Position numbers and translations under genes: made by a program. Below the pieces are notes generated by a model. It saw only the letters and a list, made by a program, of their open reading frames with translations. It was not told where the DNA came from and made no database searches. A DNA stretch of 63,484 nucleotides, the filler included, from Cladosporium halotolerans (lineage: Eukaryota), in the NCBI RefSeq assembly GCF_011745625.1. It is 5 parts of 5 records of this genome, joined end to end, with 100 filler letters (N's around TTAATTAATTAA, not from the genome) between each part and the next. Parts side by side here need not be neighbours in the genome. Positions count along the whole stretch, not along the records: positions 51,097 to 63,484 come from NW_027191577.1; 4 more parts are not named here. One strand, 5' to 3'. Below, piece by piece: positions 51,193 to 63,484 of this stretch (the first letter of the stretch is position 1; the number at the start of each line of letters is the position of its first letter).

Positions 51193-52071
51193 CCAACAAT
51201 GGCGAACAGTAAAGACTTTCCACATTTTTGAGGCGCATGTTTCGATTGAAAGGATCCTCTTCTAAGAACCTCCAATATGGATTCACCGCAACGAAGAACG
51301 TAGACACGAGTTGTGATACTGTCAGATCATCGTTGGTGATATCTGTCCACGGCGAAGCAGGCATCCAGAACAAAGGCCCATCATAAAAGCCATCTGGGCC
51401 ACTTTGTAGCAGCACTGGCTCCTGAATCAGACGCTGGGAGCTGGCACTGCCTTTGGTCTTGTCCAAAATTTCGCCAAGAGTTTCAAGTGTGATCACGCAG
51501 TTTTTCAAGGGCAACAAGTCCCTAGTCGATGGAAAGCTGAGTCTCGTCCCAGGAATGAGGATTCGGGTTGCTGCCTGGACAACGTCCCACAAAGACGCCG
51601 TAGACTGTAGAAGCGCCACGAGATACTGTTGGCAAAGCCATCGCTCGTGGATGACATCAGCCGGACTTCGGACATTCCATCTTCGAATACTCTGAACAAT
51701 CCGTTGCGGTGAGTGACCGGCTCTTAACCTGCAGAAAGCATCTTTCGCAAGATTTTCGTCCTCGCCAGCCAACACAGCTATCAGACTCTGTGCGTCACTG
51801 TGTCTTTCAGACAATTCATCAAATTTCCGTTTCACCGCGACCTGCCTTGTTTCATTTTGTACTGTCACGTATATGCACTCTGCGTGCCGGCGAGTGCATG
51901 TCATGCATGGACGCCTTCCATCACACTAGAGATTGTTATTAGTACCATTCATGTTGAAGACACAAGGAATTTTACCTTCACCTTGAGCAGGCGACAGTGC
52001 TCACAAGCAGCAGCCACTTGTACACGCTTCGGCTTTGAAGCTTGCGATTTCCTAGAGGACTCCCCTGACAT
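51193..52071 (-). pseudogene. Zn(II)2Cys6 transcription factor (NirA-like architecture) truncated by transposon
   Basis: ACEHCRLLKVK, intron, CDGRRPCMTCTRRHAEC; PASPWT..DD..VSQLVS.FF. YCSPLL is followed directly by the transposon end. Confidence 0.85.
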
Positions 52072-52850
52072 CTTACCCGTGGCGACCACACAGGTGAGGA
52101 TATTGCGAGCCGATAAGTCGACTACAGGACATCTGTTGGTGCATCGAAAGCAAGTCGAAGCCGAGAGCTGATGTGTCGTCTTGACGGTGAAGGATATCGG
52201 TGGTTTTGTATTCGAGAAGATTTTCGAGTCTCGAACCTCCGACTTCATACGACTCCCCGCGCGGAAAAGCTCCGCCGAGCAAAGACGAAGGAGCTCTGCC
52301 TCGATTGTGGTCGTAGCAGCACTTAGAGTCGCGCAAGCGAAAATGTGGCCAAACCGCCGTGAATTATAGCAATCTGTCACGGTCGGTCAGAAATTCATCC
52401 GACTTCCCACGGAAGTCCGCGACGTGCGTGGGCTTGGCCGGAGTACGAGTGGCCACTCCGCGCAAGCAAGTTTAGAGCATGCTCCGACAGGCTGTAGCCT
52501 TGCGTCATCGTGATGAAGTACGGACCGACAGCACAACCTCGGGGCGATCACCACATCTACAAGTGCCATAGCTGCTATCTTACCACCATAATGTCCCGGG
52601 ACTAGTCGCGCAAATCCTCACATGCACAAATCTCCTCGCGCAACAGCGACACGACAAGCAAGCACTCGGTAAAGAAATGACCATGTCATGATTCTCAATG
52701 GATCAGAGAAGCTTTCAAACGTTTATCCTGCTCTCGGTGGTTCCAAAGCGGTGGTGTGCCACACTTTCCTCTGGCTTTTAAAGATTGAAGTCTTCTTGGG
52801 ACCTCCCGTGGGTGGACAAGTTTGCAATGAGCGTCACCGCCCTGCTTTGA

Positions 52851-54150
52851 CTACCTCAAATGGATACTTCTCTTGCGCAGGACATCCCTCTTCGTAACAG
52901 CATTGCTATATGCCGCTGGACCAAAGTCGGCCTCTCCACCAAGCGTACCAAAGATGCTGAACAGGTGTAAGCGACGAGCAACATCATCGACGGATCCAAG
53001 ACTTACTCTCCAATATAGTTTGATGCAGCGACGCCTTTAGAGAAGGTGGCGTTCCATCCATCCAGGATACCTTCAACAACCTTGATACCCGCGAGGTAAA
53101 TGTTCTGAATGGCAGGCTCGAAAGCTCCCTGCTGCGACGAGTAAAATAGGTTCACGCTCGCCGGCTGACCTGGCCATGGGCGGTCAAAGTCGGAAGCCGT
53201 ACGCATGATGATAATGCGTGCAAAGTCAACAAGGTTTGTCGCAGCGGCGCGAACCAAGACCTCGAGCGTGGCATTGTCCTCTTGGGCAGTGGTGCAGTAA
53301 TTGCCAGTCCCGTTAGTGACGAGCTTGGTGTAGTTCGAGAAAGCCTCTCCCAGAAGCTTTCCACTGTAGTATACGTCCGATGTTGCGACATCGCATTCAA
53401 TCACTGAAGGCGCTTTGGTCCCAGCAGTATAAAGATCCGACGTGGCGTACTTCGCGCGGTAAGCCACAGCAGCAGAGCTGTCATTGAGAGTGGCATTGCG
53501 CGCAAAGGAAGCGGCAAGGTGTTGCAAGTTGTGATTGACTTCGAACACTTCAGTGCCATATATCGATTGAGGATACTCATCAGGCGAAGTGCTGCCCTGC
53601 GGTACATAGCCTGTGGGAAAGTTCGAAGGAAGCTCTCGAGGATCGATCTCGTATTGGAGCGCGACCTGCACAGCATAGCGGGCGAAGGTGACGGAACTGA
53701 TCGTAGCTACCTCTGGATTCACACCACCGATGCCTGCAACAAGGAAGTAGGTCGAGGTGAGCTCGAAACGTTGTGAGTGAACAAGCGAAGATACTGTCGC
53801 AGCAGCGTTGATCTCTGAGAGCGTGATTGTGAGCGCGACTCTTGTATCTCTTCCATTTTCATATCGCACTTACCGCTTTCGCCAGTAACAAGCTGACAAA
53901 TATCACCGTCCGCCGTGCAGTGCGCATCTGGGAAGAGCGGACTGAAGCCGGGAACGGTGATGTTCAAAGCCAGCAGGTCAAACTCCGGAATACCATACCA
54001 GATGTCCGCCTCTGGGTCGAACATCGAGATGATGAAGACCTTCGGCTTGATGACATACTCAAAAGCCCTTTCTTGCACCTTTGCAGCGTCCAGAAAACTG
54101 GCAGAAGCGGCGGAGAGCAGATGGAATGCAGCGAACAAGGAACGACGCAT
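52851..54150 (-). CDS. NUP: NUP family 'purine nucleoside permease' (secreted-type protein)
   Basis: Signal peptide; PKVFIISMF.PE, LVTGESEINAA, YFLVAGIGGVNP, YCTTAQEDNATLE, MRTASDFDR and NYIGDIFG.LGG. Two introns. Confidence 0.92.
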
Positions 54151-55499
54151 GACGGAGCTCTGTTGATGTGGCGGGCTCAAGGTGAGGTTGGACTAAGTTG
54201 TCCCTGTCTGACAGCGTGATCAGTCTATAAAGTGCTGCGTGGTATGACTCCAGAGCTCGGTGCTGCGTCAAAATTCGGTTTCAACGTCGGCCATCGCCTA
54301 GCGCCATACCGTTGCGATTGGCGTCAACCTTCAGATAACAGTGGATCCTGCAACTACAAAACAGTTCAAGCTTGAGAGAGCCCTCTGAAGTAAATGTAAG
54401 CATTGATCAGACCAAGCATTACAGAAATGCTTGATAGACTGGATGGCCTGTGCACCGGCGACAAGTATATTCAGTGGGGAAAGATAAGCAGCAGCTGCAA
54501 CGTGCATCCCCGGTAGCCAATGGCCAACATAACGGCTCGCCAGTTGAGAGCTTGCTTGATAGGTAGGCTCGCGACCAACCAGGGCCGACCCCATTGTGAA
54601 AATTGCTATGGGACTGTTGCAGTTCTTGTTGGAATCGCCTGGCACTGTGATCATTTCACTCGCGGCATTGAAACGGCAATGACAACCTGATTCACGAATC
54701 GAATTCGACATCAACTTGGAATGGAGGCGAAATGCCGTCCACGGAACGACCGGATCGACCATCGCCTTCACTGATTGCCGGCGGGAGGTCAAAAAGACGC
54801 GCCAATCCACGAGCGGGAGGTCAAGTGGTGAGGGCCCGGCACGAACGGCACACCAGTGCAGCCTGAGGAATAGTGCAGGACCGTTGTAGGGCGAAGCCTG
54901 ATTCAAGTCGACAACTGCATGTATCCGATGGCCGAGAGATCTTCAAGGTCAGCGGCATGACAAAACGCTCGCTGTGCGGTTCGGCCAGCGAGTGTATCAA
55001 GCTTCACGCTAGGCTGGGCAAGCCTCGCCAAGTGCGATAAGGCCACGAGGCTTGGGCCCCGCTGGCGCGTGTTGCTTATCACCGCCAGCGAAAGTCGGGG
55101 GTGGGTCCAGCGTCTCGCGGCAGTCGACTGGCTCGGTGGTCGCACCTTGAACGTTTCACTTCCCGTTCGTTATCTCACCCACGTTCTGGATCAGCCCTTT
55201 GCAGCTAGACTCCGCTATCTTGCACTACTCCTTGCAACCCTCCCGAATCGGCACACGATAACCCGTCGGCGAAATGCGCGTGAGCATCTTCCAGAACGCG
55301 CCAGCCCTGCTGATTGCGTGCAGGATGCAGCTAAGTAGTTAACCCCTCATGTCACCCATCGGCTCGGTCGGGTCGTCACATACAAGTGCCTAGCCATTTG
55401 AAAATCTTCCGGCATCCTCTTAGCAGCCTTCAGCCTTCGCCCCCTAGCAACTCTCCCGACCCACCGCAAGCCTACTGGAGCCCATCCGCTGGTGCGAGC

Positions 55500-57224
55500 A
55501 TGGCTAAACGCAGCCAGGACCTCGACTACGACGTAGAAAAAGGAGCGAGAGCACACCAATTCGCAAGTGAAGAAGGTGGACATAGTGATAATGGCGAGAC
55601 CAAACGAAGCGCAAGCGTTCTGGACGAAGGCCATGCTGTGCCTGGAGAAACCTTCGAAGTCGGCAGCGGATGGTATGCGACAGCGCAGCGCTTTGCAGGG
55701 AAGTTGAAGATTGAGCAGCGTGGCATCGAGCGCGTGCCAGATGATGAGCGGACAGATTCCGGCTTCAAAGCCCTTCTGAACGTCTCAACCATGTGGTTAT
55801 CGGCGAACATGGTTGTGTCCAGCTTCGCCCTCGGTTTGCTGGCGAAGAGCTTGTTCTACATGGGCGCTGCAGATGCCATGCTCGTAATTCTGTTCTTTAA
55901 CTTACTGGGTATCACACCGGTGTGCTATTTCTCGACCTTTGGGCCCGCATTTGGCTTGTAAGTATACGACTCGCCGGACCTCGTGACAGTCACTGACTTG
56001 CGATCACAACAGGCGTCAGATGGTGCTTTCCCGGTTTTGGTACGGATGGTACGGTGTAAAATTAAGTAAGCACGCCCCAACTTCCGGTTTGCGACAAGCA
56101 ACCTGACTTGCATTGTAGTTGCCATCTTCAACGTTCTAGCTTGTATAGGCTGGTCCTCTGTGAACTCCATCGTAGGAGCTCAGCTCATCGAGACAGTCAA
56201 CAACGATGTCAAAGGCCCTGCTGGCATTGTCATTATTGCTGTTTGCACTTTCGCCATTACAACTTTCGGCTACAAAGTTGTCCACGCCTACGAGTTCTGG
56301 TCTTGGATTCCAACCACTATCATCTTCATTATCCTTCTGGGAATCTTTGCTCACAGCGGTGACTTCAAGGCCATCCCCTGGGAGACCGGAACCACCGAAT
56401 TAGGATCTGTGCTATCTTTCGGATCTGTTATTTATGGCTTCGCTACTGGCTGGACATCTTATGCCGCCGATTACACCGTCTACCAGCCTTCTACTCAATC
56501 AAAGAGGAAGGTGTTCTTCTGGACTTGGCTAGGTCTGATTGTGCCACTCCTGTTCACTCAGATGCTCGGCGTCGCTATCATGTCGGCTACAGCTGCGAAT
56601 GATGGCAACAATCGTTATCAGGAAGGCTACGACGCCACTGGCACCGGCGGACTTCTCGGAGCTGTGTTGATCTACCACGCTGGTACCTTCGGCAAGTTCT
56701 GCATCGTCATCCTCGCTCTCTCAATCATCGCCAACAATTGTCCCAACATCTACTCCGTGGCTTTGACCGTTCAAGTGCTAGCACATTGGACTCAGCGTAT
56801 TCCTCGATTCATCTGGACTGCAATCGGTACTGGCGTCTACATTGCCATTGCGATTCCCGGCTACAGTCACTTCGAGGCCGTACTAGAGAACTTCATGAAC
56901 TTCATCGGTTATTGGCTAGCCATCTACGAAGGCATCGCTTTCGCCGAGCACTTCGTGTTCAGGCGAGGCACGAAAGGCTACAACCCCGCAGACTACGACC
57001 AGCCGAAACGCCTCCCTCCCGGACTTGCAGCAGTCTTCTCGTTCTGTTGTGGCGTTGCAGGCATGGTTACCGGCATGTCACAAGTCTGGTTCGTGGGACC
57101 GATCGCATTACACGCTGGTGAGGCGCCATTCGGCGGCGACGTTGGATTCGAGCTGGGCTTCGCATTTGCATTCACAGCTTATTGCATTACGAGACCGCTT
57201 GAGAAGCGTGTGCTTGGGCGGTAG
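55500..57224 (+). CDS. FCY2: Purine-cytosine permease (NCS1/Fcy family)
   Basis: IEQRGIERVP, MWLSAN, FGLRQM (spliced), GWTSYAADY, IANNCPNIYS, IGYW and GDVGFE. Multiple TM helices and two introns. Confidence 0.92.
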
Positions 57225-57749
57225 ATTAGCAGAGCATAGTTCAGCCATGTGACAGGGGGCTTCCACCGACAGCACCCAGTTCCCTCCGATGTGTTTGTGA
57301 CCAGGTCTTTCTCAATCTGTTGCTTGAGGATTGTTTCGCCGGGATATGCCGCCCTGCCATAGGCTCATAGACGGAGGGCTCATGGCTCGCGCGGTGTCAC
57401 ATACAGTTGCCTTCATGTGCAGCAGGCCGAGATTCTCGATTTTCCCAGGGCATGCGCAACGTCGCGAGTCGTGGGGATGTGCTCAGGTCAACGGAGGTGC
57501 GACAAAGCAGGACGCGTCAGCGCCTGTCATCAGCCAGGTCCTGCTCCTGTACCTTGAAGTCACACACAGAGTCTTGAGTCTTGCACAAAATATTCAGAGG
57601 TAACAGTCGGAGTACATGTATTCAACTACACTGATAAAGAAGCTTCGCATTCGCAACTTTGAGAGCATTGACCCTCGGAAAGGCTGATGTATGGCATCCG
57701 CAGTCCGCCGACATCCACGCGAGAATAATAGTATGCAGCCATTCGCGCT

Positions 57750-59859
57750 TTAAAAGACGCTCCTAACAACACCCATGATGTGATCCTTGGGGCCTTTCTT
57801 CTTGTTCTCGTACTGCATCTGCTCAATGCTGGCCCTCCTAGCCTCGGGATCGACGCCCTCGCCACTGATGCCGACCTGAGTATCCCTCATGCCGGAGTAG
57901 ATATCGATATCCTTGATCTTGATGTACAGCGGGCGGTCGGCAGGCCGGGTGAACCAGCTCCAGATCTTCCAGACTAGGAAGAGGCCGACAAGCAGCGGGC
58001 CGGCGAGGTACAGCTGGAAGAAGGTCGCAGCGTCAAGGTTGGGACCGCCGATAGGGTAGAGAGCGACGTAGAATTGGGCGATCAAGGCAATGGCGTTGAT
58101 GAGCACGCACACGTATGAGCCGTAGACGCCAAAAGCGGCCTTGTAAGGAAGCTCCTCAAGAGTGTGGCCGTTCGCTTTCCTGTTGTGTCTTTGTAAGCGA
58201 TGGTCCAATAAGGCGAAGGGGGTTGGTTAATCGCGACTTACCAGGCCATGCGGAAGCGAATGTGAGCGATACCGATGCCACCGTAAATGAACAGGATCGC
58301 AAGGCCCGACAAAGACAGAAGCCAAGTGAAAATGGTTCCACCATTGTCTGCCAAGTTGATGAAGGCCAAGCAGCCGAACAAGAGCTGCAAGATGACCACG
58401 GAGATGGGGCGGCCTTTCTTATCGATCTTGGCCAAGAATGTGGGTGCCATACCTACGGGCATAGTCAGTACGAATGTGCAAGTCAGACCAAAGATCGATC
58501 GAGAAACTCACCGTTCGCAGCAAGGGCCTGGATGGTGCGAGTAGAGCCGAAGGTGCAGGAGTTGGCGACACTCATGACGGCGATCAGGATGACAGCGTTG
58601 AAGATCGAAGGTAGGACCTTGATGCCAGCAAGCTGAATGGCAATGACGAAGGGTGAGTGGCGCGAGGAAGAACCCTCACCATCGTACAGAGGGCTGTCAG
58701 CAGGCACGATCAAGCCGACGAGGAAGAGGTTGACGATGTAGAAGATGAAGATACGCCAGACCACTTGCTTGGAAGCCCTCGGGATTTCCTTGGTTGGGTT
58801 CTTGGTCTCGGCAGCGGCAAGTCCAACCAGTTCGGTACCGGTGTAAGCGAAAGCCGCGGTGACGAAAACGCTGCAGAAACCATGGAAGCCGTTGAGGAAA
58901 GCGGACCACGGTGCTTTCCTGCGCATGAATGTCAGCTTTGCCAATGCCGGCAGTCGATGATCGTTTGAACAAACCAGTATCTCACGCCAATGTATCCTCT
59001 GTCGTCCGTGGGAACACCGCCAACGTCGATAATGATTCCGAGGATGATGAAGCCGGTACAGGCGATGATCTTGATAAGGCTGATGACGAACTCAACCTCG
59101 CCGTATCCCCTGACGCCGAAGATCTGAATGACGACCAACAGGACAAGCAGCGGAACAATCCAAGCGGCGTTGCTAATTCCCTCTGATCCGGGCCAGTAGT
59201 GAATCTGCGTTGTTGTCAGCTTGAGTTAAAGCCGGAGATCCGACTGGAAATAACCTTACAATGTTGCATGCAGCCGAGATTTCGAAGGGCAAAACGGTCA
59301 GCCAGCTGATGGCGTACTCCCAAGCGCAAGCAAATCCAAGAGAAGGGTCGACAAAACGGCAGATGTACATGGTGAAGGCGCCGTTGACCGGGTAGAGGAC
59401 AGACATCTCGGCGAGTGCCTGCATCATGAGATAGCTAGAGTGAAGTGTCAGTGGGAGGAAAACGCCATCTCGGGTGGCAATGCATACACCATGAGGCCTA
59501 GCAGCGCGTCAGTCAACGATTCCTCGCAATGGTCGCAGAGACAGATGCGAACTCACCGACAAGCATGAAACCAACGAGGACAGAGGCAGGTCCACCAGTC
59601 TGGAAGGCACTGCCAGAACCAATGAACAGACCAGCGCCAATGGCACCGCCGCTGAAACCGGGTGTCAGTATGCGTCCGCTTGCAGGCTCGGGCCTCGAGT
59701 TCTCACTCACATTGCGATCATCTGCATGTGCCTGCCTCTGAGCTCGCGGTGGAGGGTATTCTGGCCGGTGGCCAAGCTCTCGTGATCATCGTTGCTGTCT
59801 CGCGGCGAGGCATCGCCGAACTGCTTCTCACCCAGCGCGTTGGGGTTTTTTGCGTCCAT
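57750..59859 (-). CDS. Amino acid permease (APC/YAT family)
   Basis: LRGRHMQMIA, GGAIGAGLFIGSG, FGVRGYGEVEF, AAFAYTGTELVGLAAAE and SPFVIA. Multiple introns. Confidence 0.93.
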
Positions 59860-60399
59860 GGTTGGCGGAGTGGAGGAGGTGTCGACGGGGGTGCAAAAAG
59901 TCAGCGGCGCGGCGAAGATCAAGGTCGCACAAGCCTTAATAAGGCGGACAACGGGCGCGGCACAAAGCGGCCCAGGGCCACGAGAGATAGGCGTTCACCA
60001 TAAATGTTCGGTGCAGCGAAGCGAAGAGATACGACGAGCCGACATGCGCGATTGGCGGAGCGGCATCAGCTGATACGCTGGCGGGAGGAGGGGGTGGCCA
60101 GGCTAGGCAGGTCGAAGGCGGCGACGAGGGTGGCGTAGCCGGCGCCATCTCGCATGACGGCGCGCATCGTCGCACGCGAGCACCAGACCGCGACCGACCG
60201 CGAGGCGCCTCAGCCTGCGTGCTGTATGCGTGTGAATACTGCGGTGTACCTAGGTAGTCGTGGTAGTCTCTCGTGCCACGCTCTGCTGAAGCCCTGCAGC
60301 GATGAGCTTGGCGAGTGCTTGGGACTGGCCTTGGCCGTCAGCTGTCCGCCCTGGCTGTGCGTCCACTCGCGTCTTTTGCGCGCAAGTCTCACCTCATCT

Positions 60400-60444
60400 C
60401 CTTATCCTTATCCTTATCCTGAGCCTGAGCCTGAGCCTGAGCCT
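60400..60444. repeat. Compound hexamer microsatellite (CCTTAT)3(CCTGAG)4
   Basis: Read directly from the sequence. Confidence 0.85.
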
Positions 60445-60566
60445 GTCACAGCGTGGAGCGCGTGGCTGCGGCGCCGGGAATAGCGTTTCGTTTCGCGGGC
60501 CGAATGGGCCCCTCTCCCTCGCTTCCTCAGGCTCGAGTGCACGAGTCCGCAAGTTCCAGCTCTCAC

Positions 60567-60679
60567 CTCTCACAGACCCAAGTCCAATCATCGCCGTGCC
60601 GTCTCACAGGACCGAGTCCAATCACCGCGGTGCCCTCTCACGGAATCGAGTCTGATCACCGCGATGCCCTCTCACAGAC
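60567..60679. repeat. 34-bp minisatellite, about 3.3 copies
   Basis: Units start at 60567, 60601, 60635 and 60669 (consensus about CTCTCACAGAACCGAGTCCAATCACCGCGGTGCC). Confidence 0.85.
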
Positions 60680-62106
60680 TCCCGTCTCTTAGGGTTAGCC
60701 CCCTCTAGTGCCAACGGGCTCAGCTCGTGGCATCCGTGCGCGCGTGGGGAAGGCAAGGCTTGGGTGGCTTGCCGGGCTTGCGCATGAGCTTATCGCCTGC
60801 CGAGGCTCGCGTCCTGCGGGGCGGCCTCAGCGTCCCCTTGGTCAGGTAGCACAGCTCCATCTCCACCGCTCTGTTTACCCGCAGTGCACGAATCACACTT
60901 AGGCCGCACTCTCTGTCACCAACCAACCCCTCGGAGGCACCTCCTAGTAGACGAAGATATAACAACACCACCCGCACAGCCTCCCCCGTATGTAACCGCG
61001 ACGACATTTGTGCTCCTTGCCCGGCTCTCACGAGCACCGAAGACCCTCGTCCTGCAAAGCTTCTCCAGCCCCAGCTTGGGTTCCTTGGCACGTGACAAGC
61101 ATCGTTCAAATCCTTGTATCGACCTTTGGCCAATCACCGTCAACACATCGCGTAACAACACCTTCATGCACACGCACACCCCGGAGGATTGCCCTCGAAA
61201 GGCCAAGGCCTATGCCACAAATGTAACGTCACTGTATACTCGCCCAGTACCTGCTGTCAGCCCAGCCAACCACCAAATCGCTCACTGTGACGTTCTGGAC
61301 CAAGCAGATGCAGAAGTATGTTTGGGAAGGGTGTAGCTTGGGTACAGGATGGTGGTTAATCGTAGAGTCACGTGTCGGTCTGAGCATGTGACTTTCCGCC
61401 CCTCATGTCGAATACAGAAGCCACAGCACGCCATAGCGGCGACCTTGCTCTGGTCGCAACCGATCTAAAAAGTCCATGGTGGTTACTGGCTAGGTGCCGC
61501 CTTTAGCCAGATGTTTGGCAGCCTCTGTCGCTTCAGGCCTGGATGTAAAGGCTTGGTATCCAGCCTGGGTGTCACTTGCGTCGCTTGGTCCTCCAAGCTT
61601 TTCCCTGGCTGTCGTCGTCGCAGTCTCAGAATTTGCTGACTATCATGCGGAACTGCTGTGACGTGGCAAGTGAATTGAGCATCCTGCATTGTTACAGCTC
61701 CTGACACTCCAAGGTAGCCTCGTGATCCCAGCAGAAGAGCCATCTAGACATTTTAAATAATTGGATGCAGGAACTTGGTCCATACGCGGCCATCAGCTGT
61801 TGCGCAAAGCCATCGCAGGAATCATGACGCGCTCACTAATATCAGACTCGAGACTGGACCTCTTGATGAGACCATTTGTGCTAGTATTAAGCACCATCGT
61901 TGGCTTGCACGCATCACACATTGATCAGCAGAACGTAGCGGTGCCACAACATTTCTCGTCCTGCATTCACGTGCGCATCATTACATCCAACCCTCGTTTT
62001 CTCGGTCATCAATCATCCACACACCCGTACGCTCGTAATTCATCCTCATGCCAGGTCACCATACAATCAGCTCGTCATCTCCTCTGACTCCCTCGAATGC
62101 CCGTAC

Positions 62107-62797
62107 TCACGATCTCGAATCAGCGACAGAGTCTCTGTATCCACCCTCCTCGGCCATTGAAAGGTTCACTGCCACGGTCCTCCTCTTACGAATGCATCGT
62201 GCACCTATGGCGACAGCGCCAACGATCAACACCAAACCCGCTAGCGTTCCAACAACGACACCAGCGATCTCCTTTGGATACAACTTCGGGCCTCCTTTGA
62301 TCTCGAACTTATTGGAAGAGACATAGACAGTGCCGTTTGGGTCTGGAACGCCCCACTTAGGAATCTCCTCAGCGGTCATCCACAGTTCGTAGAGTCTGCA
62401 TGTGTCAGCATGGACTGAGATTCTGGGCGATGGGCGAAATATCAAACGACGACACACCCTGTGTCTTTCACAGCAGGTACTTTCCACAGCGTGCTGTCGG
62501 TACCAGCAGTCGTGTTGAGCCAATGGTCGACTGTGCTCACGTATCTTGTCCAGTCACCGTTATCCTCCCAATGCAAGAGACCGAAGTCATTGATTCGCTG
62601 CAAGCCAGTCAAAGGTCGGTCAAGCGCAATGGGCAGCACATGACACTTACGTAGTCCCGATCGCTGTACCATTTGACCTCATAGGTTGCCCCAACCCCGA
62701 CCATTGAGGGAAGATCCTCAATCGTGATCGTTGCAAGGCTGCGCTCGCAGAACATTGAGGCGAGTGTGAGACTGGCTGAGAAGCTAAAGAACTTCAT
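62107..62797 (-). CDS. Small type I membrane protein (signal peptide, beta-rich ectodomain, one TM, basic tail)
   Basis: Three ORF pieces joined by GT-AG introns; IAGVVVGTLAGLVLIVGAVAIG followed by RKRR. Confidence 0.7.
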
Positions 62798-63041
62798 GAT
62801 GCTGAACGGATTAGTCTGCTAATCCTTGAATGGGCTTTGTGCGATGTGTGTCAGGTGCAGATGTCTTGATTGTGGGAAGGCGAAAAACCAAGCGTGCCTG
62901 GTGTGTTCTCTCAATGGAAACCATCCCCATCTCAGCGGTCTTATGAAGTCAGCGTAATGCTGTCGCCTAGAAAGCTGTGGTGGGGCAACCATCTCGTAAA
63001 TCCTTCGCTTGCTACATTAGCATGGCGCCAAACTCCGTGTT

Positions 63042-63212
63042 GCTAGTCGACTCGAATTCTGCTGCCTGGTATAGTCTGTAATCCTGCAGCGCGTATCGGC
63101 GATTGACCTCATGAAAATATGGCGGCTGCTAGTCGCGTCGAATTCTGCTGCCTGGTATGGTCTGTAATCCTGCACCGCGCATCAGTGATCGACCTCTCGA
63201 AAATATGGCGGC
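63042..63212. repeat. 86-bp imperfect tandem duplication
   Basis: Copies start at 63042 and 63128 (GCTAGTCG..TCGAATTCTGCTGCCTGGTAT...AAAATATGGCGGC). Confidence 0.9.
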
Positions 63213-63388
63213 ATGCGTATTTCATGATAAGCAGGCTGCACTTATGTAGCCTTGAGTGAGAAGCAGAATAGACATTGAACATGACAGAGGGGTCTCCATG
63301 ACGTTGCTCAAGATCCTTCCCGCTAGTGTTGCTTTCATGTTGCTTTCATGTTGAAAGGACCATCGAGTGGTCAGTGAATGGTCGAAAG

Positions 63389-63484
63389 CAGACTTCTGCA
63401 CAACCAAGCACTGCTTGATGCTTGATCAAGCGCTTGATCAAGCAGTCAATCAATCAAAAGTTGCGCAGCCAATCAAGCAATCAA
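63389..63484. mobile_element. hAT-like transposon end of the same family as 51097-51192
   Basis: Starts CAGACTTCTGCACAACCAA, followed by TCAAG/AATC repeats. Confidence 0.75.

Noticed and set aside
51097..63484. Circular element, or a single transposon carrying the genes as internal cargo
   Set aside because: The TIRs face outward from the genes and the adjacent 8-mers do not match as a TSD.

Overview
Filamentous-ascomycete (probably Dothideomycete) genomic DNA with short spliceosomal introns. The window is not contiguous. It is five contigs of decreasing size (1-12792, 12893-25605, 25706-38395, 38496-50996, 51097-63484) joined by an artificial 100-bp N44-TTAATTAATTAA-N44 spacer, and most contigs break inside DNA-transposon ends. 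Contig 1 is an accessory-type gene island and the most intriguing part: a CCCH + Rai1/DXO-like nuclease, an ADP-ribosyltransferase-like gene with a frameshift, an NYN/PIN-like + tandem-CCCH pseudogene, a BTB protein and a small Zn-ribbon protein. This set resembles the domain toolkit of animal antiviral RNA-decay effectors (inference). Contig 2 has a Prm10/ThrE membrane protein, a complete Fot1/pogo element with 81-bp TIRs, a class II chitin synthase and an unexplained hierarchical 21/63-bp repeat array. Contig 3 has a hAT element inserted in a Myb-like gene, an AA11 LPMO, a GT31 pseudogene and pogo fragments. Contig 4 has an RT-deleted Tad1-like LINE containing a solo LTR, a Zn2Cys6 transcription factor and two hAT relics. 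Contig 5 has a transposon-truncated Zn2Cys6 factor, a divergent NUP/FCY2-like purine scavenging pair and an amino-acid permease, bracketed by ends of one hAT-like family. All family calls come from motif recognition by eye; no database searches were run.
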